From positions 1 through 64,000 of the forward strand of contig JANOAV010000105.1 in NCBI GenBank assembly GCA_031411295.1: a DNA stretch of 64,000 nt, given 5' to 3'. Numbering within the stretch: the first letter of the stretch is position 1; every line of letters starts with the position of its first letter. The notes under the pieces were generated by a model that saw nothing but the letters and a program-made list of their open reading frames with translations, was not told the origin of the DNA and searched no databases. This DNA comes from Verrucomicrobiales bacterium (GTDB lineage Bacteria; Verrucomicrobiota; Verrucomicrobiia; Verrucomicrobiales; V1-33). Of the stretch, positions 1-7,395 are shown in pieces. Both the position numbers and the translations under genes were made by a program.

Positions 1-2
1 AC

Positions 3-476
3 GCCAGCAAGAGTGGGGTGGGGAGGCCATGGGAACGCAAGTTCCTTGGCTTCATCATCACCGCGAGCCTATTGATCGGAATTGCCCCCACGAGCCTCGC
101 GAAGTTCAAAGACCAAGTGAGGGAAAAGTGGGACGCAAGACCATCGATGACCAGCCAAGCAAGGATAGAAACGTGGCGCAGCTACGTGTAAGGCTGGTGG
201 GGCTATTATCAGCACGTGGAGGACCGCCGACCCATCTTTCAAACCGAAGGCTGGATCAGACGGCATATGAGGAAATGGCATTGGCAGAAATGGCACAAAA
301 GCAAAGGCCGAGAAGCCGCGCTAAAGAAACTAGGAGCGAACGCGAAAGCCGCCGCCGTAGGGAGAAGCTCACGAGGCGCGTGGCGGATGGCCGCCAGTCC
401 CGTGATGCAAAGCACACTGAGCAATCGTCATTTGAAGAAATGGGGATTTATCATGCCATCTGAGCTTGTGCGGTAA
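3..476 (+). pseudogene. ltrA: Group II intron reverse transcriptase/maturase, C-terminal part (RT domain 7 + domain X) with in-frame stop; no endonuclease domain
   Basis: Frame 3 reads ASKSGVGRPWERKFLGF...TWRSYV*GWWGYYQH...WIRRHMRKWHWQKW...SSRGAWRMAASP...MPSELVR*. TAA at 189-191 interrupts the conserved Y.RGW..YY maturase motif. Confidence 0.85.
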
Positions 477-492
477 AGCGCACAGAGATCCA

Positions 493-568
493 ACCGCCGT
501 GTGCGGAAAACCGCATGCACGGTGGTGTGGGAGCCCTGACGGGCGCAATCCCGTCAGGGCCACCCGAT
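493..568 (+). ncRNA. Group II intron catalytic domains V and VI
   Basis: Short IIC-type DV stem-loop with CGC triad, followed by DVI stem, branch-point A and AY end. Confidence 0.9.
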
Positions 569-921
569 CTTTGGCAAAACCGCGTCTCGGAGGAATCTCT
601 TAAGGAGGCGAAAATGCGGCCCCACAGGAACAAAATCCCGGTTCGACGCCCTGGAGGGGTATCAGAAATTAGCCAGGGATGCAGGGAGGCACGACCGGAA
701 TCCCTGGACCCCAGCCAAAAAAACAAAGCGTCCCGGCAGGGACGCGAGAAAAGGCATCCTCAGCCAGTTCAGTTGGCCCACAAATGTAGTCTCATTTCCC
801 GTTGTCATAATCTGCGGGAAACCACGCGCATCTGAGCGCAACTCGACAATACCGTTGACTATCACGTGCATCTGCGGCTAAATCCCACCAAAATTCCACT
901 ATGAAATCACTGCCCCGCGCC

Positions 922-999
922 AAAACCGACAAATCTGTCGCCTATAAAGAAGCTCGGCAAAAATCGACACTTCTGTCGGTGATCAACTAGTTCGGCAAA
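922..999 (+). repeat. Two 38-bp imperfect direct repeats, each with a CGACA-N4-TGTCG palindrome, ending in a GTTCGGC core; candidate attI-like site
   Basis: 922-959 vs 960-997 match at 28/38 positions by manual alignment; the second copy contains GTTCGGC (990-996), identical to the right core of the attC-like site at 1425-1431. Confidence 0.55.
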
Positions 1000-1021
1000 C
1001 CCAAAATTAATACAAACACTC

Positions 1022-1246
1022 ATGATCGCAGGAATACTCGGATTACAAGGACCTGAACTAATAGTTCTCATTGGAATGGGGATCATATTAGGGCTATTTG
1101 TGGTGTTGCCCTTCTGGTTCATCTTCAAGAAGGCAGGGCTTTCCCCAGGACTTTCCTTCATCGGACTGATTCCTTTCGGCCCCCTCATTCTTTTATTCAT
1201 GCTAGCGTTTATGAAGTGGCCTGCAGTCGAGGATCGCGATAACTGA
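1022..1246 (+). CDS. Small two-TM membrane protein (cassette 1)
   Basis: 74 aa, hydrophobic, PFWFIFKKAG...LIPFGPLILLFMLAFMKWP pattern typical of small bacterial membrane proteins; lies between the GTTCGGC core and the first attC-like site. Confidence 0.75.
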   Translation: MIAGILGLQGPELIVLIGMGIILGLFVVLPFWFIFKKAGLSPGLSFIGLIPFGPLILLFMLAFMKWPAVEDRDN

Positions 1247-1261
1247 TTGTTTGCGCGGTCA

Positions 1262-1289
1262 TTGACTTTCCTATCATTGTCAGTATCAT
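1262..1289 (+). promoter_or_regulatory. Candidate sigma70-type promoter inside cassette 1
   Basis: TTGACT (1262-1267), 16-nt spacer, TATCAT (1284-1289), facing the downstream cassettes. Confidence 0.35.
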
Positions 1290-1327
1290 TTTCCATCATG
1301 ACACCCGACCTCCATCACAGTCCTCTA

Positions 1328-1431
1328 GCCGAACAAAAACGCGGCTGCCGACTAGCGGTAGCCTCGGTGTTTTTTCTGAAATCTTCAGCATCAGCACGGC
1401 TACCGCTAGCCGCAGCGCTCTAACGTTCGGC
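1328..1431 (+). repeat. attC-like recombination site 1 (apparently intact)
   Basis: GCCGAAC (1328-1334) ... GTTCGGC (1425-1431) are exact complements; inner arms gcggctgccgactagcggtagcc / ggctaccgctagccgcagcgc pair imperfectly with unpaired bases. Confidence 0.8.
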
Positions 1432-1438
1432 CAGAAAG

Positions 1439-1801
1439 ATGAACATGCTCCACCCCATAGAAGGTGAATTCACCGACGGAGTCGTAGTTGAGCTAGTAGC
1501 TGGAGTCGATGCGGGCGTTACGCGTCCAAGGCTAAGACCGATGAGTCACTTTTCATCCAACCTACGAGTTGAATTTCCGAGACGTGAACGCGAACGGTTT
1601 CCATTGGGAACACGCTTCCGTCTGCGCGTAAAAGCATGCCAAAAGCATCGTGACGGCAAGGTCAACGGCCCGCCGTATCTCAGAGCTTGCAAAGGAACCG
1701 TGGAGCTTATTGCCGCTTCAATTTCTTACCCTGGCTGGTTTGCTGTCCACAACCCACGCTACTCAGATTGCCGCGCGTATACCTACAAACTGCTCGCTTA
1801 A
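1439..1801 (+). CDS. Hypothetical basic protein (cassette 2, gene A)
   Basis: 120-aa ORF starting 8 nt after the attC-like core; no recognised motif. Confidence 0.7.
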   Translation: MNMLHPIEGEFTDGVVVELVAGVDAGVTRPRLRPMSHFSSNLRVEFPRRERERFPLGTRFRLRVKACQKHRDGKVNGPPYLRACKGTVELIAASISYPGWFAVHNPRYSDCRAYTYKLLA

Positions 1802-1811
1802 TATTTTTCAC

Positions 1812-2153
1812 ATGACTACAATCCAAGCCATTAGTATCACATCGTGTTTTATTACGATAATTCTTTGGGATTTCTGCATCTTTCTAGAGCAGATCGAGAT
1901 CATGCCCAAGAACCCCGCATTTGCTTTTTGGTCGCTGATCAATTGGATTGCTCTTCTAACCATAGGGATTAAGATATTCGGTGTCGCTGGAGGGATTGGT
2001 TTAGTTGCGTTTGGGATGCTCGCATTTCCGACCATTTTCCGTTTTGTTTTCGGACGGATAGCGCAGAGATTCGTGACCGATGACTTCAAGATTCCCATTG
2101 CCTTTTTCACCATTGGAGCGCTTGTAAGTTTGATCCTATCCATTGTTAGCTAA
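1812..2153 (+). CDS. Hypothetical multi-TM membrane protein (cassette 2, gene B)
   Basis: ATG at 1812 just after the upstream stop; several hydrophobic segments; the longer ORF-track start (1650) overlaps gene A and is less plausible. Confidence 0.65.
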   Translation: MTTIQAISITSCFITIILWDFCIFLEQIEIMPKNPAFAFWSLINWIALLTIGIKIFGVAGGIGLVAFGMLAFPTIFRFVFGRIAQRFVTDDFKIPIAFFTIGALVSLILSIVS

Positions 2154-2195
2154 CCACTTCACGCGTAACTCTTCTCCATGCTATCTCCAACCCTA

Positions 2196-2298
2196 GCCGA
2201 GCAAAGGGCGGCTGCCGACTAGCGGTAGCCGGGGAGATTATTTCGAAATCTTCAGCGTCAGCACGGCTACTGGTTGCCGTAGCGCGCCAACATTACCC
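2196..2298 (+). repeat. attC-like site 2 (degenerate cores)
   Basis: Clear homolog of site 1 (shared gcggctgccgactagcggtagcc and aaatcttcagc.tcagcacggctac), but the cores read GCCGAGC and ATTACCC. Confidence 0.75.
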
Positions 2299-2304
2299 CG
2301 AAAG

Positions 2305-2964
2305 ATGCCACTACTAAACGACACATATATATTCTGCGCGGACATCGGCACTGAAGCCCGCGGTAAGTTCGGTTGGTGCGGTGTTCGTTATGATCGTCCG
2401 CCCAAACACGGATCTAAGATCGACGATTTCGTTGCCTACATCGTAGAGACGCTTGGGACTCATCCAAAAATCGCCCTCGGATTTGAAGCTCCACTGTTTG
2501 TTCCGCTGAGGAATGATTCCAGCACTCTACTTGAACAACGTGCAGGAGAGGCAGGCCGACCATTCAGCGCAGGCGCAGGTGCTCCTGTTCTTGTTGCGGC
2601 TTTGGTCCAGATTCCCTACATCTTAACCTCCTTGAAGTCGAAGCTTACGAAGCTTCCCACCGTTCATTTTGACATTGGTGAGTTTCGCAAGGCGTCAGAA
2701 GGTATCTTCTTTTGGGAGGCTTTCGTGTCGGGGGCTGTCAAGGATTCTTGCGACAACGATTCTCCTGATATTTTCGATGCGGATCTTGCTGCTCAGACGT
2801 TTCGTAGGAACTATGATCGCCTTGAAAAGATGAATGCGATCTCAGAACCCAAGGTAATGAACATAGTGGGAGCAGCCCTGCTTCGCACAGGGTGGACAAC
2901 TGATATTAATGTCCTCTCGAAGTCGATATTGGTTTTACGCGCCGAACCAACGCCACTGGGATAA
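2305..2964 (+). CDS. Hypothetical protein, possible RNase H-fold/DUF429-like nuclease (cassette 3)
   Basis: 219 aa; N-terminal IFCADIG, IALGFEAPLFVP, FFWEAFVS and DIFDA acidic motifs resemble the DUF429 layout; the C-terminal RAEP overlaps a third GCCGAAC core at 2941-2947. Confidence 0.65.
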   Translation: MPLLNDTYIFCADIGTEARGKFGWCGVRYDRPPKHGSKIDDFVAYIVETLGTHPKIALGFEAPLFVPLRNDSSTLLEQRAGEAGRPFSAGAGAPVLVAALVQIPYILTSLKSKLTKLPTVHFDIGEFRKASEGIFFWEAFVSGAVKDSCDNDSPDIFDADLAAQTFRRNYDRLEKMNAISEPKVMNIVGAALLRTGWTTDINVLSKSILVLRAEPTPLG

Positions 2965-3077
2965 TCATTCATTCGTCGAGTTCCAGCACTGTGGCATAGG
3001 CTGCGCTGCTGCTGGCCTTGGGCTTCGCTATCTCGTCCTTGCAGGACTTGAGGAAATTAACCTGATGCCTGCCCCAA

Positions 3078-5063
3078 TCACTTCCCAGCCAGTTCCGCCA
3101 GTGGGCACTTTTGTTTTACGAGGCGGGTTAGGGCTGGGAGGTCTCCGTATTTCAGGGCTCCGGGGATGAAGTTGGGGTCGTAGATGTCGGTGAGTTTGCT
3201 GAAGGTGAAGGTGGATTCGTCGTAGGTGCAGGCGGTGAGGGTGTCGCCCGACATGGCGGCGGCGGCTGCGGTGAGGGCGGTGTTTCCTGGGGCACCGGGG
3301 GCGGCGGCTAGGGCTATTTTCTCGGTTTTATAGTCGGGGTTGGTTTGCACCATTTTGATAACGCTCAATAAATCGTGGACGCGCTGGGCCAGGAGTGGGG
3401 AATTGTAGCCATAAGTGTAGGCGGCGGCTTCGCGTGGGTTTTCTACTTTGCGATTCCGGGTGGCTCCGGTCTGGATGAGATCCGGTCCGGCCACGGCCCA
3501 GCCTTTGTTCAGCAGGGCCTGCACTTCTGCCACGGGCGAGCCATCCGCTCCGAACAGGGCGGCGGAACCTTTCTCGGACGCCCAGATGGCCACGCGATTC
3601 CGCCAAGCCTTGGGATGCAGGAAGGTGACGGGCACGATTTCCGAATGCGCTTCGTTGCGCACTTCTCCGCTGATTTTGAAGTAGGTGGCGGTTTCGGTTT
3701 TGTCTCCGGTGAGTTTATAAATACAGTTTCCCGTGTTGGCCAGAGTGCGACCCAGGATCGATTGCCAACCTGCGGCCATGGCATCGGGCGATGCGGCTAG
3801 CGCGGCGGTATTGGCTGTGTGGATGGCCTGGACGACGGCGCGTTCCGCAGCGGGGCCGGTGGCGGGAGCGGGATGCTCTGCGTCCCAGACGGTGAGGTCT
3901 TTGGCGGTCTGGAAGGTGAATTCCCGTTCCGGCGGGGCGGTGGCTCCGTTGAGCAAATGCTTGGCGAACCATTGTTCCATACCCACGCGGCTGAGGTGGT
4001 TATAGTTATGCCCGTGGGGTCGGGTGTCAGTTAGACTAACGAGATCTGGTTTCCCCAGAAGTTTATACAGTTGCTGCAGTTCCGGCAGGCCTTTGGTGGG
4101 CATGTCCACCGTCCAATCCTTGGCGCAGGTCATGCCGAGCGGCTTGGGGGCGAAGAGGGCGGCCATTTCCACATTTCCCGTGCCGATGCGCAGCAGGCTG
4201 GCGTTCTCGCAAGTGCATCCGCCCTGCATGGCGGTGGAAACCATGACGGCGGGGAAGGCGGCGGCGGGGCGATCATCCACTGCGCATAGCAGAAATGTCT
4301 GCGTGCCACCACCGCTGGCTCCCGTGACTCCCAAGCGCTTGGGGTCCACATCCGGCAAGCTTTCCAGGAAGTCCAGCGCCCGAATGCCATTCCAAGTTTG
4401 CAGGCCCATGATGCTGATGAGATTCCCCTCCGCCTCGGCGGTGAAGAAGCCACCGGGCGTGGCCTTGGCCTGGGTGGCAAATTTATGGGCCGTCTCGTAG
4501 GACACTTGAATACTATCGGCATAGCCCAGCATATCGTAATGGAACACGACGCAGCCCATGCGCGCCAAATGCACGCAACGAGCCTGCAAAGGGCTGCGGG
4601 CGGCACAGGGAAGTTCCTCGGCACCGGCTTCGATGGACTTCTTGACGCTGGCTTCGGGTTCCTCCAGGAAACGTCCGTTTTCCCAATGTCCATGCGGACA
4701 GAGCACGCCGGGGGCTTTGCCCGTGGCTGATTTCGGCCGATACAAACTACCGGTGACATAAACGCCGGGGAGGCTCTGGAAGTAAACTTTCTCCAGGAAA
4801 TAGTCGCCCATGTCCTTGCGACTATGAATCACAGTCTGCAATGGAGTGCGGGCGGGCAGCGGCAGCAAACCTAACGATACCTGCAACTGCTGTTTCAACT
4901 CCGCCCGACGCGTCTTCCAGGCCTCAGCCGTGGCGGGAACAGTGAATGGAAAGTAACCGTTAAGGTCCTTGGGCGGGGCTGAACGGAGGTCCGTGGTTTC
5001 GGCGTTCAGGGCGGTAGTGAGGGTGAGCGCCAAGCTGCACCAGCGGAATAGTTGCTTCATCAT
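3078..5063 (-). CDS. Secreted alpha/beta-hydrolase, acetylxylan esterase-like (PVC type)
   Basis: Signal peptide MMKQLFRWCSLALTLTTALNA; GVLCPHGHW, YDMLGY, GVTGASGGGTQT nucleophile elbow, GGCTCEN, HNYN; second degenerate hydrolase domain. Confidence 0.85.
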   Translation of the reverse strand: MMKQLFRWCSLALTLTTALNAETTDLRSAPPKDLNGYFPFTVPATAEAWKTRRAELKQQLQVSLGLLPLPARTPLQTVIHSRKDMGDYFLEKVYFQSLPGVYVTGSLYRPKSATGKAPGVLCPHGHWENGRFLEEPEASVKKSIEAGAEELPCAARSPLQARCVHLARMGCVVFHYDMLGYADSIQVSYETAHKFATQAKATPGGFFTAEAEGNLISIMGLQTWNGIRALDFLESLPDVDPKRLGVTGASGGGTQTFLLCAVDDRPAAAFPAVMVSTAMQGGCTCENASLLRIGTGNVEMAALFAPKPLGMTCAKDWTVDMPTKGLPELQQLYKLLGKPDLVSLTDTRPHGHNYNHLSRVGMEQWFAKHLLNGATAPPEREFTFQTAKDLTVWDAEHPAPATGPAAERAVVQAIHTANTAALAASPDAMAAGWQSILGRTLANTGNCIYKLTGDKTETATYFKISGEVRNEAHSEIVPVTFLHPKAWRNRVAIWASEKGSAALFGADGSPVAEVQALLNKGWAVAGPDLIQTGATRNRKVENPREAAAYTYGYNSPLLAQRVHDLLSVIKMVQTNPDYKTEKIALAAAPGAPGNTALTAAAAAMSGDTLTACTYDESTFTFSKLTDIYDPNFIPGALKYGDLPALTRLVKQKCPLAELAGK

Positions 5064-5128
5064 GGGGGGATGTTGCGCTGGTTGATGGGGGCGCGTCAAT
5101 TACCTATTCAGGGTGCCAAGGCGGATTT

Positions 5129-5210
5129 GAACAGAAGTTAGGAAGGAGTTGAAGTAATGCCGCCAAACCGCCAAGGCAAATCTTCTGTCTTTCCTTCCTA
5201 TCTTCTGTTC
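5129..5210. repeat. REP-like inverted repeat between divergent genes
   Basis: gaacagaagttaggaagga (5129-5147) pairs with tccttcctatcttctgttc (5192-5210), 18/19 match. Confidence 0.65.
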
Positions 5211-5288
5211 CAAAACCCTCATCCACCGCTCCGGTAAGCATGGCAATCTGGGGAGTTGAAATTTTTTCGGCACGGATTAACTGACAGG

Positions 5289-7313
5289 ATGCGCAAGTTG
5301 ATTACATACGGTGGTTGGGCAATCGGAGGGCTGATCCTTGGGGTTTCCCCAGTCAGGGCCTTGGAGCCGGATGGTCCATTGGATCGCTTGGTGAGTTATT
5401 TCAGCCATGATTTGAAATCACTCGACGAGGAGATGGCGCAGTTGAAGCAATTATCCAATGTCACGCCGCTGCCCGATCAGCAGACCCAGCATTTGGGCTA
5501 CAGCTCGATGTTTTCCTCCAACGTCAATGCCCGCTATGTTACGATTGATTTGGGACGACCCGTCAATATTGATCGAATCGTGCTCGTGCCCATGGATAGC
5601 CGGTTCTACGGCTGGCCCGGGCCTGGCTACGGCTTCCCGGCGCGCTATCGAGTAGAAGTGGCCTCGAATCCGGATTTCACCAATGCCGAACTAATTGCGA
5701 AGGATGATGGGATTGATATCCCCAACCCCGGATCCAACCCAGTAGTCTATACTCCCTCCACTTCAGGGCAGTATGTGCGGGTCTGGGTCACCAAACCATG
5801 GCAGCGGAAGAGCAAGTCCGGCAGTGAGCTGGTGGGGGCGCAGGTTTTTGCGTTAGGCGAATTGATGGTGCTACGGGGCAACGTGAATTTGGCGGCGGGT
5901 TTGCCGGCCAAGAATATCGATGTCACCCCCGCCCCCACCGCCGGTGGTGGTCGAGACTCCCCCGAGGACAAGAATCTCAAGGCGGCCTATCTCGTCGATG
6001 GTCAAAGCATCCTGGGCCCGCCCGTGATAGGAGAACCGGGGACCAAGGGCGTCATGACCAAGCCAGTGGAAAAGAAGGAGGCGTCTGCCTGGATTCAGGT
6101 GGACTTGGAGAACGTCGTCTCGATTGAGGAAATCCGGCTGTTCCCGGCGTGGAATCCTGATGAACCACGAACCCAAGGCTATGGCTTTCCGAGTGCTTTC
6201 AAGGTGGAGATTTCCGACTATCCGAACATGGAGGGCGCTAAACTCGTGGGCACTTATAACGATCCTGTCTCGCCCAACTCCAATCCCGTGACGATTCGAG
6301 GCAATGAGTTGGAGGGGCGTTATGTTCGGCTGACTGCGACCAACTTGGCGAGTATCAGCAAAAACACTTACGCATTGGCAATGGGGGAAATGGAAATTTA
6401 CTCAGATGTCGAAAATTTCGCCCTGAACAAGCCAGTGACGGCGTCCAGCCTAACCACGGAAGCTAGTTGGAACCCCAAGTATCTGGTGGATGGGACGACC
6501 AGTCAGGGCCACTTGGTGCCCTGGCCTGAGTGGTTCGATCTGCTGGAAAAAAGCAAAGATGCGCAGGAGAAAATGGAGCGATTAAGACAGGAACGTGAAG
6601 TGAAGTCCAAAGGAGCCGTGGAGACGGTGATTCGCACTTCGGGCTACGTGATTGGTGGATTCACGCTTCTGTTCGTCTATCTGAGTTTCCGCTCCCTGCT
6701 CAAGAAACGCCGGGTCGTGGAGGAATTGAGATCGCGCATTGCGCGGGATATCCATGACGAAATCGGGAGTGGCATGGGAACTATTTCCCTGCTGAGCCGG
6801 ATGGCGCAGGATGGGGATTGGGAGGATGCCAAGGAAGATCTGCGGGAGATCAATCGGCTCTCCATGGCCATGGCCGAATCGGTGCGGGACATCGTGTGGT
6901 TCAATCGCACCGACGTGGATACGGTGCGTGATTTGCTGATGAAAATGCGCGAGACGGCGGAGTCGATGCTGGGCAAGCAAATGGAGATCCATTTTCAAAC
7001 GCTGGGAGCCGAGTTAGTGCGTCCGATGAATTCCGAGGTGCGGCGGGAAATCTTTCTGATTTACCGGGAGGCGCTGCATAACATTTTGAAGCATGCGCAA
7101 GCCAACAAGGTGGAAATCCGCGCTGGGTTGGAGGGTGGGGAATTCGTGTTGGGAATGCGGGATGACGGCAAGGGTTTCGATCTTACACGGGAAAAATCAG
7201 GAGCAGGGATGGGCAGCATGAAGAAACGTGCCGAAAGCCTCAAGGGGGCCTTGCAGGTGGAAACATCCCCCGGCGGAGGCACGAATCTGGTGCTCCGCGC
7301 GCGGCTCAAATGA
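5289..7313 (+). CDS. Sensor histidine kinase (HisKA_3/NarX-like) with extracytoplasmic discoidin (F5/8 type C)-like domains
   Basis: Signal peptide; two repeats of ..IDL....I..I.L.P...GYGFP..(Y/F).VE.....F; TM helix; RIARDIHDEIGSG H-box; REALHNILKHA N-box; DDGKGFD and GAGMGSM G-boxes. Confidence 0.9.
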   Translation: MRKLITYGGWAIGGLILGVSPVRALEPDGPLDRLVSYFSHDLKSLDEEMAQLKQLSNVTPLPDQQTQHLGYSSMFSSNVNARYVTIDLGRPVNIDRIVLVPMDSRFYGWPGPGYGFPARYRVEVASNPDFTNAELIAKDDGIDIPNPGSNPVVYTPSTSGQYVRVWVTKPWQRKSKSGSELVGAQVFALGELMVLRGNVNLAAGLPAKNIDVTPAPTAGGGRDSPEDKNLKAAYLVDGQSILGPPVIGEPGTKGVMTKPVEKKEASAWIQVDLENVVSIEEIRLFPAWNPDEPRTQGYGFPSAFKVEISDYPNMEGAKLVGTYNDPVSPNSNPVTIRGNELEGRYVRLTATNLASISKNTYALAMGEMEIYSDVENFALNKPVTASSLTTEASWNPKYLVDGTTSQGHLVPWPEWFDLLEKSKDAQEKMERLRQEREVKSKGAVETVIRTSGYVIGGFTLLFVYLSFRSLLKKRRVVEELRSRIARDIHDEIGSGMGTISLLSRMAQDGDWEDAKEDLREINRLSMAMAESVRDIVWFNRTDVDTVRDLLMKMRETAESMLGKQMEIHFQTLGAELVRPMNSEVRREIFLIYREALHNILKHAQANKVEIRAGLEGGEFVLGMRDDGKGFDLTREKSGAGMGSMKKRAESLKGALQVETSPGGGTNLVLRARLK

Positions 7314-7395
7314 GGCATTGGCGAAGTGCACCGGATGGGGCAGAAGCCCGCGTTTCTTTTTACTGGGAGTGGCGTGACTCTGTCCGCCATTTGCA

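Larger units (their letters stand above)
1..568 (+). mobile_element. Group II intron, class C (IIC), 3' portion; 5' end lies outside the window
   Basis: RT/maturase C-terminal coding sequence, then a domain V hairpin with CGC triad (accgccgtgtgcggaaaaccgcatgcacggtggt, 493-526), a domain VI hairpin (gccctgacggg-cgcaat-cccgtcagggc) with bulged A at 562, and a terminal ...cccgAT at 568. Confidence 0.9.
990..2964 (+). mobile_element. Integron-like gene cassette array (3 cassettes, 4 ORFs); no integrase within the window
   Basis: Short co-oriented AT-richer ORFs separated by related ~103-bp imperfect hairpins bounded by GCCGAAC/GTTCGGC cores; ATGs follow the sites within a few bases (gaaagATG at both 1439 and 2305). 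Confidence 0.75.

Noticed and set aside
29..463. 144-aa plus-strand ORF in the track
   Set aside because: Out-of-frame overlay on the intron maturase; the conserved motifs are in frame 3.
1..600. Intron as an attC-targeting (IIC-attC) insertion
   Set aside because: It is co-oriented with the cassettes and its 3' flank (ctttggcaaa) is not an attC half-site; the 5' flank is not visible.
855..883. Possible Pc-like promoter (TTGACT at 855-860)
   Set aside because: No convincing -10 hexamer at 16-18 nt spacing.
451..900. Integron integrase expected upstream of the array
   Set aside because: The short ORFs here (451-726, 515-835, 662-871) show no tyrosine recombinase motifs (R...HxxR...H/W..Y).
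922..2298. CRISPR array interpretation of the repeats
   Set aside because: The repeats are ~100-bp hairpins separated by whole genes, or only two adjacent units with no spacer; no cas genes.
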